Shown: one piece after another, positions 47,101 to 54,200 of the stretch
Layout of the letters: the number at the start of each line of letters is the position of its first letter
Position numbering within the stretch: position 1 is the stretch's first letter
DNA from: a virus
IMG/VR virus record: IMGVR_UViG_3300042389_001478
Coordinates: 1-64,000 of that record
Direction: 5' to 3' (one strand)
Length of the DNA stretch: 64,000 nucleotides
Translations under genes and position numbers: made by a program
The notes under the pieces: model-generated
Told to the model about the DNA's origin: nothing
Seen by the model: only the letters and a program-made list of their open reading frames with translations
Database searches by the model: none

Positions 47101-50100
47101 TCTATCCATCATACAATATCATCGAGGGCGAACCCTGGGAAATAACATTTAAGACCTCCTTTGGTCTTGAAAATCCAAATTTTCCTCCGACGATTTTGTT
47201 CTCCGGCCTTCCGTCCATGTGTTCAGGATACAATCCCAGTATTCCATTAGAGCAACAAAATGCCTGCTTTCAATCTAGGATTTGGGATGGTCAACAAAAG
47301 TCTTGGAGCTTTAGATTCAAGGGGCTTCCGTTGTGCGGCATTGAAGGACTAAAGCCCTTCTCTATTACGGCAATAGACACAGACACTATTCAAGATATTT
47401 ATTTAACTTCAGACACTAAATCTGCAAGTATTATGTATTCTTCTTTGGAAGATAATGGCTCTCCTCATACTCCTCCAATAATAAAGATTAAAGGACTTAT
47501 ACCAGAAGAAGATCCTATTCCTTTATCTCCAAAATGCAATTCTCCTATCAACATCTCCTATGAATTTATGCCAAGTAATAGAGAGGCATGTCCAATCCCC
47601 ACGGGTATAACAGGATGGTTAGTTAGTGGCTTGTTACCGCCCGGAATAGGTTATACAATAACATTTTCTGGAGGAAACCCCTCTCCTCCGTGGAATAATC
47701 TATCCAAAGGAACTATTACCCTGTCAGGAAACCCTACAGAGTTTGCTAATGGTGGAGAATATTCACAAAAACTTACTTTAAGAGTATTTGATGCTAGAAA
47801 TAAATCAAGTCAAAAAACCTTTAAATTCCAAGATGCTTCATCTCCAAATCCAGCGTCTCCATTAAATATTTCAGTATATTTTGATGATGAGAAACCCAAA
47901 TACACACCAAGAAGAGCACTAGGCAATGGAGAACAGATAATTCCTCCTCTAGGTACGAATCCTGTAGATAAAGTTATAGGATATCCACCTATTTCTAAAG
48001 CATATTGGCCGCCAGCAATCTCGGGATATGTAACATGCACCAGCACACTTCCTCATAATCTTTGCGAAACTTGCGAATTCTCATATTCTGGAGGAAATTT
48101 TAATAATTTAGATGATAAAGTTTATTTACAATTTTCTAAGCAATTACCAGGATTACCTCTTGGCGCTGGGAATAATGTCTATTTAGAGTTTGACTATGAT
48201 TCAAATAATGATTTAAATAAAATATATACTTTACAATATTCTGCTCCTAATTACTATGTCAGTATTCCGGGGCAAACCTTATTAACCGGAAGTGGTAGGC
48301 TAGTAAGAGAGAGAATAAAAGAAAATATTCCAACAGAAGACCTGCAGAAATTTCGCGGGTCTGTTGATCCAAACACCTCTCATTCTATACTAGGATGTGG
48401 AGCATTTGCTACTAAGTTATCTTACCAAGTTCCAGGAGAAGGAAACTCGTACGGATTATTTGGCAGAATGAGGCCAGATTATATCGCCACCATTCCTACT
48501 AATGGGGTTTTTAGTAACACAGACTCTTTACTTTCTGGTTTAAGTATTAATCAATTAAATAATCCATATACTGCTGGTAGTTCCAATCATATCTATACCA
48601 TAAAAACATCTAATTGTTGGGAAACAGGATATCTAAGAATCAGTGGCATACTATTACCATCCCCCTCTGTCGAGCTAACAGACCCCGCTCCCGCCCAAGG
48701 TGTTCCTTTTGCATATAATAATCAGCAGTACTATGTTGGTAGCAGATGTTCATATGGAAATACCACTGAACAAAGAGATCTAGTAGAGAACCAAAGAGAT
48801 ACAAGTATAAATTACAGGATCAAAAATATTTTGACGAATTCTATTTATCAAAATTCTCAGGTAGGACGAAATCAGGCTATAGCATTTAACCATAGCGAAA
48901 CAAACGGAACAGTCTTCTCCTTATTTTTAAGCAATAACCCATCGACATTTCCAACATTCAAATATAATGCATTAAGGTATGCAGAAAATGAATATTTTTG
49001 GATTCATAAGGGTGGCACCAAGAATGGAACTATAACACAAACTAGTTTTCCACCAGTTATTATTGCCGGAATCAAGAACAATACCATTTCTTCTTTAAGC
49101 GGAGTTTCTATTTCAGGTTATGGAGGCGTTTTAGTTGGTGGCTATATTCCCTTCAGAGAATATCCAATAGCAATACCATATTATCAGCGTCCAGATAATA
49201 CAGAATGGCGAACACAGGATTATCCACCACACATCACTGGGTTTATTGCAGAAGAAATTAAAAATAGTCTCTCGATATCTGTGCCATATACACACCCAGG
49301 AAATTCATCCAGTAGCGATCAATATATTTATATTAATATTGGTCCTAATAACTACAATCTGGTTGCAGGAGAGGCTATTAGTGTTTCTTTTGCTAATAGC
49401 TTAATACCATCAATGTCATTAATTTTAGAAAACGCTAATTTCAGTAGTACTTTTATAAAAATACCATATAACAGACAGACACTTCAGCCCATAACCGATG
49501 GTCAGGCTTATATTTCATTTAAAAATGTATTATTGAATACAGATACAGAAAATAATCAATTAATTATTAAACATAGAGATATACCATTTATAACTGGAGA
49601 TAATGTTGATATAACCCAAGCCTCAGCATCGACTCGCACTAATATAGCTCCATATGACTATAATACCACGATAGTCTCTGGAGATAGCTCTACTCTATAT
49701 GTGGCATTTAATGGTCCAAATACCATCAACTACAGTGGATCTCTTGCTGTTTCGGGCATTACTACTATTAATAGGGTATATTCAGACATGATTAATGTGG
49801 TACAGCCACTGACCACTACAGACACGGCAGGATATTGGTTATTTGGATTATCTGGAATACCATCGGGCCTATATAAAGACTATTCGTATAAAATGATCTC
49901 TGTGGAAAATACTGGTATGCCAGTTTTTAATGGTACTGATTTAAGCCCTAAAAAATACTACACATCCTATCCTCTATATATCAATAAGCCTATTAAAATT
50001 AAGTTGACTCAATCGGTTTTGGATGCAGGCATAGTCAACAACAACGGATCATGGAGCCTTACCTTTAATGTTGAAGGAGGGTCGAGACCAATAATCAATA

Positions 50101-50768
50101 ATAAGCCAGAAGTTATGATTGATGGAAGTATTTGTAATTTTAATAGACAACTATCTCCAACTAATATGCTGGATACCTATGATCCCACTACTGATTCGTG
50201 GCAGATTACACTAACTAATAATAATAATTTTAATTGGAGATATTCTATATCTTTTGAATTAACTGTTTTTGATGAAACTGGCAGCGACACAGTAACAGTA
50301 AACTTAACTTCATCAACACCCCCTACGACAACGCCAGCTCCTACGACAACAACGACAACCACTACAACGCCAGCTCCTACGACAACCACGACAACCACTA
50401 CAACGCCAGCTCCTACAACAACCACGACAACAACGACAACTACAGCAGCACCAACATCATTTAGCGTTACTAATAGCGGTAGCGGATCATATGTAATTAG
50501 TGGATCTAATAATCCGACACTAAATCTTATAAGAGGGACAACATATACATTTAATATAAATACTCCTGGTCATCCTTTCTGGATTAAGACAACTCAGACT
50601 ACCGGACAAACAAATGCTTATAATACAGGAATCACAAATAATGGTGCCGAGAATGGCTCGTTAACATTTGTCGTTGCAAATAATGCGCCAGATACTCTAT
50701 ACTATAATTGTGAATTCCATTCCAGTATGGCTGGTATAATAAATATTACTGGGACTACCACCCCATAA
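38103..50768 (+). CDS. giant (4221 aa) fibre/adhesin
   Basis: Collagen GxY stretch, GGTNN repeats, DADLLDG, cadherin-like and He_PIG-like Ig domains near 41.6-42.1 kb, internal duplications, Thr linker, C-terminal cupredoxin-like domain. Confidence 0.9.
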   Translation: MSIVRIEEEIQPLKYLVITQERDPESVVSTNVIISDTRVNRVNLISIEKGPQGDTGPRGAQGPAGKDGASFEVLPINSGGTNNTSFSSGNIIYYDGHKLSSSNYSFQDLLNNSNTNAVTGVFAGSGLYRELANNTATLGINAGDGLSINEDNQIIVDDTIVRKVELSIGNISGVVPIAKGGTNNQTFSSNRLLYYDGFKITSFPLATGRILLSGTTIDIIAGSGLTGGGSLSLPSGSVVLNIGGSSDILVENNAISLSTTGTPGTYSRITTDDKGRVVSGSNLTRSDIISILGYTPWHPGNDGQDSGLDADLLDGRDSSYFTNAANLTGLIDSNIIPSSVEPGVYTKLYINNKGMVTLGDNMNYGDVVYSLGYRPVSTAGDTINGPIEINGDASLNGDNLTIRDNLPTIGTNSASILPSDPRGFSFLYGGYTSKTGILAFFPADRELRLVTNISSGGDLSGGENSFIGDVDGGDQNALYITNNVSGDINVVLLRSKADSLYVSRTDTQVISGVKTFVNGVQVRDQVVIIPSVNQSNPPLNVGNNSRMVDSLNVDLLHGHNADYFNNASNMTGLFTYTKVQFDNLDGTPDYIPRFDNRTSNPSRTISNSIIRQKSDNTAIIIENNANLYVGSSNSGSFLSDSSTAVGRNNKIYEDNSLAVGYGNAISGQNSVALNYGSKTLSDTSIAAGKYGETWNENQLSFGAFSEFNNSQTITHGQYSTIALGLNSTETNGAWATMSPNVILPKDKTIAYSLEVLMNKAAGTGAAFVVFDSGIIKNTTFRSPSNPSQTINVTSSLKNTTKKEIYNDSQQRRHYYHYRLANITIIQNLEVTASPVKNISGTSGIAQNINSEYKYIPKFISSISSYSKSNDGHTVLNIPKPIFSGSFIQNENDYRIKIKSYDHNMVAGCMANLMFSSGLARNPISKKYQVLDIIDKDNFRVSENFASGYLTDNEITIDPQSISLVDEANSIVISGGYLYTNSPDMYNMPINAMTVLHTGMKVRFRPYESLYPSINEQTGIIVALTNSSVTFNVPFTGVFNSSSVNTPSVLRFNSYTDHTLSSCSKLYLSIEGYGQQSVFRTSGSYPTTYCGQPTIAFRISGVPQNFSGNPVRVSPASLNSGLVNLHNKRSFDGSYSKLATSFKKYEGIYTQYPSNDGTSVLSIFNKNLEHITLPSMPFSYSLVCGYGDTDNSFFRVSGDYLVSKQAFNFEEQATRTVRIRTTDMSGQFLEKSFRINILNMDENPLLINPIQDQYLTVDELWTFSVPTDTFSDEVFSTSKSYSALLSDNSTLPSWLSFNPSTRSFSGTPSLSDTGVLSLKVNALYYGGLSAQDTFNIHINEPGLNTFDYSIQSVDDDSPLKITNLNLSQITIPENMPSGSIIGKLDTAGGYAPHLIFQTASNSFSGVLINNSNIISECASFSVNYPTTTLLGRLDTIYTGMPLSASNGLSSATVTGILDSIVAINGYTSSGSNRVCVPSMTFPDLQYISGIRFVSSLSGWNNQARVANTGQNFITFDRTAFSGNTDSASNKFSGVLINNSNIISECASVLGNLNTLVVGMPLSTNSDLSSAAVTGILDNIVEIDGYVSSGSYSISGITPPDLQYISGVRFVSSLPEWNNEARVVNTGENSLIFDVAFTGTGIDTAITVNNIGKRILLDTRYQGQSLSGLITYTAITINNIGKRILLDTTYQGTSRSGIITYTAELPNDAEYYPSGLQYFSRSSIEGWCPTTISKSYIKGFQSETPQYAQSTGHYATGIVSFYTSAGYNRITINTNEYTNIEPDEDSIFINYLDINLGDIPTDKPYSRISGYDNPLSFMTHSLSWYPDSGVLGTGRLILNLDQNHGYKILDPKILNQIPVRFDSCINNNSNRRPKDNLFDILAITGNKITIKDSQNYLLKENGRPDYFEQPIKAQYSTNGFHFSGTIVSGSNLLYDCSSNKIYDLQKNMILGSSSFRDYPHVVRFDSIVSTGTTFTATLYGGQSILTTTPGQPIYINQKLYSSFPGWSDRQIYVVGYSSDTIYLSREIDWISQGTSATATFYTLPILAANKDFCIDDERRENNRIFYNGNIITINDLSTPRAYLNTNDQIKITKFNELNSFDTSSAISQYAQILRLNDKKTLFSGIAINGAKNLEPIVFNNPQDPLRRNEYRHSDSFGLDCNTELPNTGSLSFLGAVSGYCNIPFFNGIYYHSYGGFTAQWPMDPDGHFISAPKTGVFTIGVSSTSCQSGTLCINIRTFENTEFDNITDIFNRSIIGHTSNITSDNKGYVRPWGTDKKLYFDFSDGAPALNGSYHITDKIDTNNFTITVPYNSSYLNSSGLVYIIDSDYNLKANRNPNINNSFVIPEGSLSVSGNQSLFGFSLDSYNDQSKRWKHLINLSNSSLSKYSGYPVKFHNQVNSQLLYLNPNQINIIGLDYSLDFGQTYSSILDNPSLDILSTNTQPIYLRVTTKEGAEQWAASIPKIAPKINILGIGSYTIDSSNLVYNNLNNTWLINIIINNITDVLIDRDITIRASDETGFDSITKNLHFKLIPEIRSPLPSYAYLNGSDSWSLIYDVKYLPDQHLITMSGFPGPNFNTETVYPNSNTPLRVYGSPGSISGIYRPVLQIRDWTTSEVLATNTGEIHILGPGQSAPPYQLNPIGLDDDIYLDIDNNSNSSSFSFYVPSNTSASETNLVVTLGADQKYNSNISYEYSTVSNRYKVTVTLVGNTGYYPSKNISVSIFQPVVDANSNTTWVPHTYNKTINLTLYKQFQISTLELTLPLVYDKQQKWSIQFALIEGILAYRPDIQPIVRLGNLPTIGTYETQPLEYSLAYNYDAVNHRWHVIVTGKEDIFGYTTDRLGLKAIQVYAEDGLSLATKSVDVLFTQTQYMDNIQPTIYSIPNEGYQNTFDIKQASVNVFPQVQIPVELAENTINLSRYYRKYDPQFGLWEYSYYGDPIFDRWDIGLDITNLNSTLSSNQFSRLIVKCKGIATDKIQAVGKLSLVELDSFSLNSLPISISDIIYPSYNIIEGEPWEITFKTSFGLENPNFPPTILFSGLPSMCSGYNPSIPLEQQNACFQSRIWDGQQKSWSFRFKGLPLCGIEGLKPFSITAIDTDTIQDIYLTSDTKSASIMYSSLEDNGSPHTPPIIKIKGLIPEEDPIPLSPKCNSPINISYEFMPSNREACPIPTGITGWLVSGLLPPGIGYTITFSGGNPSPPWNNLSKGTITLSGNPTEFANGGEYSQKLTLRVFDARNKSSQKTFKFQDASSPNPASPLNISVYFDDEKPKYTPRRALGNGEQIIPPLGTNPVDKVIGYPPISKAYWPPAISGYVTCTSTLPHNLCETCEFSYSGGNFNNLDDKVYLQFSKQLPGLPLGAGNNVYLEFDYDSNNDLNKIYTLQYSAPNYYVSIPGQTLLTGSGRLVRERIKENIPTEDLQKFRGSVDPNTSHSILGCGAFATKLSYQVPGEGNSYGLFGRMRPDYIATIPTNGVFSNTDSLLSGLSINQLNNPYTAGSSNHIYTIKTSNCWETGYLRISGILLPSPSVELTDPAPAQGVPFAYNNQQYYVGSRCSYGNTTEQRDLVENQRDTSINYRIKNILTNSIYQNSQVGRNQAIAFNHSETNGTVFSLFLSNNPSTFPTFKYNALRYAENEYFWIHKGGTKNGTITQTSFPPVIIAGIKNNTISSLSGVSISGYGGVLVGGYIPFREYPIAIPYYQRPDNTEWRTQDYPPHITGFIAEEIKNSLSISVPYTHPGNSSSSDQYIYINIGPNNYNLVAGEAISVSFANSLIPSMSLILENANFSSTFIKIPYNRQTLQPITDGQAYISFKNVLLNTDTENNQLIIKHRDIPFITGDNVDITQASASTRTNIAPYDYNTTIVSGDSSTLYVAFNGPNTINYSGSLAVSGITTINRVYSDMINVVQPLTTTDTAGYWLFGLSGIPSGLYKDYSYKMISVENTGMPVFNGTDLSPKKYYTSYPLYINKPIKIKLTQSVLDAGIVNNNGSWSLTFNVEGGSRPIINNKPEVMIDGSICNFNRQLSPTNMLDTYDPTTDSWQITLTNNNNFNWRYSISFELTVFDETGSDTVTVNLTSSTPPTTTPAPTTTTTTTTTPAPTTTTTTTTTPAPTTTTTTTTTTAAPTSFSVTNSGSGSYVISGSNNPTLNLIRGTTYTFNINTPGHPFWIKTTQTTGQTNAYNTGITNNGAENGSLTFVVANNAPDTLYYNCEFHSSMAGIINITGTTTP
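42294..43205 (+). repeat. internal duplications in the giant protein
   Basis: Diverged repeat with starts 384 nt apart (42294, 42678), followed by a repeat with starts 87 nt apart (43029, 43116). Confidence 0.9.
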
Positions 50769-50783
50769 GGATATAATTTAATT

Positions 50784-51938
50784 ATGGCTATTGTTAACAT
50801 CACACCACCATCTAATAAAATATTAGTTATTAATCAATCCATAGATGGATCAAATAGTAATGGCGTTATAACTACTAATTTAAAAATCAATGATGGTTTT
50901 GAGAATACTGTTGGGGTTGTTTACATAGAGCGCGGATTACAAGGCTTGACTGGGCCTAGCGGAAATATTGGACCAGCGGGGCCAGTTGGGCCTCAAGGAG
51001 AACCCGGATCCATTGGTTTACAGGGACCACCGGGTAGCGGACTAACTAAATTACTAGTTGGAAATATTGAGATAAAAGAAAATGAAATTCTTAATATTAC
51101 AGGGAACGGCGGCACTACAGTTACTTTTTATCCTAATTCTAATACTATTGATATTAGTTCTGATATTATAAGTAATAATTATTCATTAGTTGGTCATCGT
51201 CATAATACTAGCGATATAAATGGCTTCGGTGAAGCAGTAGATGATAGAGTTGCTGGTTTATTGACGGCTGGTGACCACATCTCTTTACAATATAATGATC
51301 AGGACTTAAATAATCTCGTTGTTTCTACAACCGGACTAGAAATTGGAAAAGATATTCAAGAGTATAGTTCCAGATTATCCAAGCTTGGTAATTTATCAAT
51401 ACACTCTGGGTCTATTATATATGGAACAGCCGTAGATCAGTATGGCTTAATTAACATTACAGAAGCTGGAAAAATATTAATAAACGATGTCGATGCAGCA
51501 GCACAAAGACGCACCCTTGAATTAGGAGAAATTGCCACCCACGACTCCTCTGAATTTGCTAAACTAGCTGGAGGAAATAATTTTACTGGCACACAATCCC
51601 TAGGAGACGGAACGCTAACCAGATTCTCGGCATCCCTGAATAACCAGAGTTCTAATTCATATATTATTACACAAAGCGATAATGGAAAAGTGCTTAGCTT
51701 TAACAATGATGCTACCTTCATAAATGTTAGTTTTAGCAATTCATTAAATGTCGGGTTCAACTGCCTAGTAACACAAATGGGTTCTGGACAAGTAAGATTT
51801 TCAGGAGTACAACTAGGACACAGACTTGGTCATAATAAATTAGTGGGTAAGTATTCTATAGCAACATTAGTAAAAACTACTCCAGATATTATTTTGATTT
51901 CTGGAGATACTACTGATGCTGAAGGTGGTCCAGGATAA
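50784..51938 (+). CDS. collagen-repeat fibre protein
   Basis: GLQGLTGPSGNIGPAGPVGPQG tract; GHRHNTSDI; C-terminal SDNGKVL...VTQMGSGQV domain. Confidence 0.8.
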   Translation: MAIVNITPPSNKILVINQSIDGSNSNGVITTNLKINDGFENTVGVVYIERGLQGLTGPSGNIGPAGPVGPQGEPGSIGLQGPPGSGLTKLLVGNIEIKENEILNITGNGGTTVTFYPNSNTIDISSDIISNNYSLVGHRHNTSDINGFGEAVDDRVAGLLTAGDHISLQYNDQDLNNLVVSTTGLEIGKDIQEYSSRLSKLGNLSIHSGSIIYGTAVDQYGLINITEAGKILINDVDAAAQRRTLELGEIATHDSSEFAKLAGGNNFTGTQSLGDGTLTRFSASLNNQSSNSYIITQSDNGKVLSFNNDATFINVSFSNSLNVGFNCLVTQMGSGQVRFSGVQLGHRLGHNKLVGKYSIATLVKTTPDIILISGDTTDAEGGPG

Positions 51939-51950
51939 TAGGAGAAAGTC

Positions 51951-54032
51951 ATGATTTTGCCTCCATTTTTTGGCTACCCAATCCCCAAAGATAGAGAGAT
52001 ATATAAGCTTAAATATTCTTATTTATCTCAAGATTTATTCTCATACCCCTACTACCCACCAATTGCTCAAATTACCTATGTTAGCAATGATATATTATCA
52101 TATAGTAAAAATACAATAGTAGATTCTTTAGCTAATACCTATCTTTCTAATGATGTTATGTCGTATAGTATAGCTACTCCTAAAGCTATTTCTTCGTACT
52201 TATCTTTCGACATACTTTCTTATGATCCTCCTCCGGCACCCCCAGAACCACCGCTTAATCTTAGTAGCTTGGCTGACGACGGAACAGCAACCCTATCCTG
52301 GACTGCTCCATATGCTAATAGATCTCCGCTCATCGACTATATCGTAGAATATGCAACAGGAAATTTTACATCATGGAACACCTATAACGACGGTGTGTCT
52401 CTGGATACCAATCTGTTTGCCACAGGACTGCAGAATTTAACAACATATAAGTTTAGGGTCTCCGCTACTAATGCGATAGGAACAGGTAATTTTTCAAACT
52501 ATACTACTGTTTTTCCATCGGCAGTTTCTCTTAATTATTGTGATTTGTTGTTATATTTTCCATTCGACACAGATTTTTCGGATAAGTCATGCTATAATAC
52601 CAACATTCAAGCCATGATACCTACTGAAGGATCTTTATCGATTACTAGCAACGATTATAAGTATGGTGGATATAGCTTATATACAGACGGTATACAGTAT
52701 GGAGAACCGGGGAACTACGATAATCCTCCAGAATATGCTCATCTTATTGTTGGTAGTAATCAAAATATCGACTGGAGTCCTAGCGGAGACTTTACTATTG
52801 AAATGTTTGTTAAGGGCCTTCCCGGAAATGCTGCAGGTACCATATTTAGTATTAGTAATAAAAACTACAATGATAATTATAGTTATATACAATTAAGTAA
52901 ATATAATAATACGTTGTATTTTGGATTTTATACTCAGTACTATGATAATAATTCACAAACATACATAGAGGATGGAAACAGCAGTATCACTGCTAATAAT
53001 GTTGTTTTAACAACAGGCTGGAGACATATTGCAATATCACGAGCCAATAATACCATGAGATTATTTGTTGATGGTATCGATAAAGGTAGTAAAATTACAA
53101 GCTTCAACCCAAAACTCGATAGCCATAATTTTTATATTGGATCAAATATTACCGCACCATTTTATCCTGGAACATCTTATGATGGTTTTGCCGGATATAT
53201 TGATCAATTTATATATACTAAAAAAGCTAAATACAGAGGAAGATTTATACCATCTAGATATTCTTTGCCATTTAATTGTGATAATTGTCAGCCAACTACT
53301 ACCACAACTACAGTTGCGCCCACAACAACTACAACAACTACCACCACAACAACACCAGCCCCCGCAACAACCGGTTATTTAATTAGTGGAGCATTTGATC
53401 CTGTAGCACAAGACGGAACATATTGTCAAGACGGAACATATAACGATAGACCATATTACAAAAACACAAACAATAGCAATTATTATCTGCTCTATCTAGG
53501 AACTCTTGACGGATGGGTTCTGGCATATACTTACGGAGCACCGTTTAATCCAGCAAATCCATCTTATGCATTTATGGACCAGGTCTATAGTAATGACCAG
53601 ACTCCGCCATTAACCGGATGGAACCAGGAACTAGGTAGCGCCACTATAACCACAATAACTTGCGGAGGAGGGGGAACAACTACCACAACAACGACGACTA
53701 CTACAACCACCCCAGCTCCTATTGGATATAATATCAGCGGAGGTGCCGATCCAGATTCTGATGGAATATATTGTCAAATCGGCATTTACAACGGAAAACC
53801 ATTCTATAAACATTCAACCAATAATTTCTTTTTCATATACTATAACCCAGGAGATCCTTCTTGGACAATTTCCTATGCGTCATCTGATTACTGGCAACCA
53901 TCCAATCCAACAAATTCTATTCTAAACTCAAGCACACAATCTATTAATTCTAATTATCAAAGCCCTACGCCACCACTCACTGGGTGGGGCGACCAATTCT
54001 CTGAGGCAATTATAACTCAAACAATATGTTAG
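51951..54032 (+). CDS. adhesin: FN3, LamG, Thr linkers and two PPLTGW modules
   Basis: PPEPPLNL...LSWTAP...YIVEY...YKFRVSATNAIGTG; FTIEMFV...WRHIAISR...LFVDG. Confidence 0.85.
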   Translation: MILPPFFGYPIPKDREIYKLKYSYLSQDLFSYPYYPPIAQITYVSNDILSYSKNTIVDSLANTYLSNDVMSYSIATPKAISSYLSFDILSYDPPPAPPEPPLNLSSLADDGTATLSWTAPYANRSPLIDYIVEYATGNFTSWNTYNDGVSLDTNLFATGLQNLTTYKFRVSATNAIGTGNFSNYTTVFPSAVSLNYCDLLLYFPFDTDFSDKSCYNTNIQAMIPTEGSLSITSNDYKYGGYSLYTDGIQYGEPGNYDNPPEYAHLIVGSNQNIDWSPSGDFTIEMFVKGLPGNAAGTIFSISNKNYNDNYSYIQLSKYNNTLYFGFYTQYYDNNSQTYIEDGNSSITANNVVLTTGWRHIAISRANNTMRLFVDGIDKGSKITSFNPKLDSHNFYIGSNITAPFYPGTSYDGFAGYIDQFIYTKKAKYRGRFIPSRYSLPFNCDNCQPTTTTTTVAPTTTTTTTTTTTPAPATTGYLISGAFDPVAQDGTYCQDGTYNDRPYYKNTNNSNYYLLYLGTLDGWVLAYTYGAPFNPANPSYAFMDQVYSNDQTPPLTGWNQELGSATITTITCGGGGTTTTTTTTTTTTPAPIGYNISGGADPDSDGIYCQIGIYNGKPFYKHSTNNFFFIYYNPGDPSWTISYASSDYWQPSNPTNSILNSSTQSINSNYQSPTPPLTGWGDQFSEAIITQTIC

Positions 54033-54200
54033 AATTAGGATATAATTGAATGTCAATGCCAAGAAGGGGTACTATGATATTGGTGCTGGATGCAAATGAA
54101 TGACAGAAATGATCTAGTTTGGCCCGTATTTTGGACAAAACCCACTTTGTTAAATAAGACTACATCGACGGGGTATTAAAGATAAACACTGGAGTTAATT

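Noticed and set aside
54033-54115. EGF-like remnant CQCQEG/YYDIGAGCK after the 51951 stop
   Set aside because: Needs a frameshift, has no start or RBS, and is short enough to be chance.
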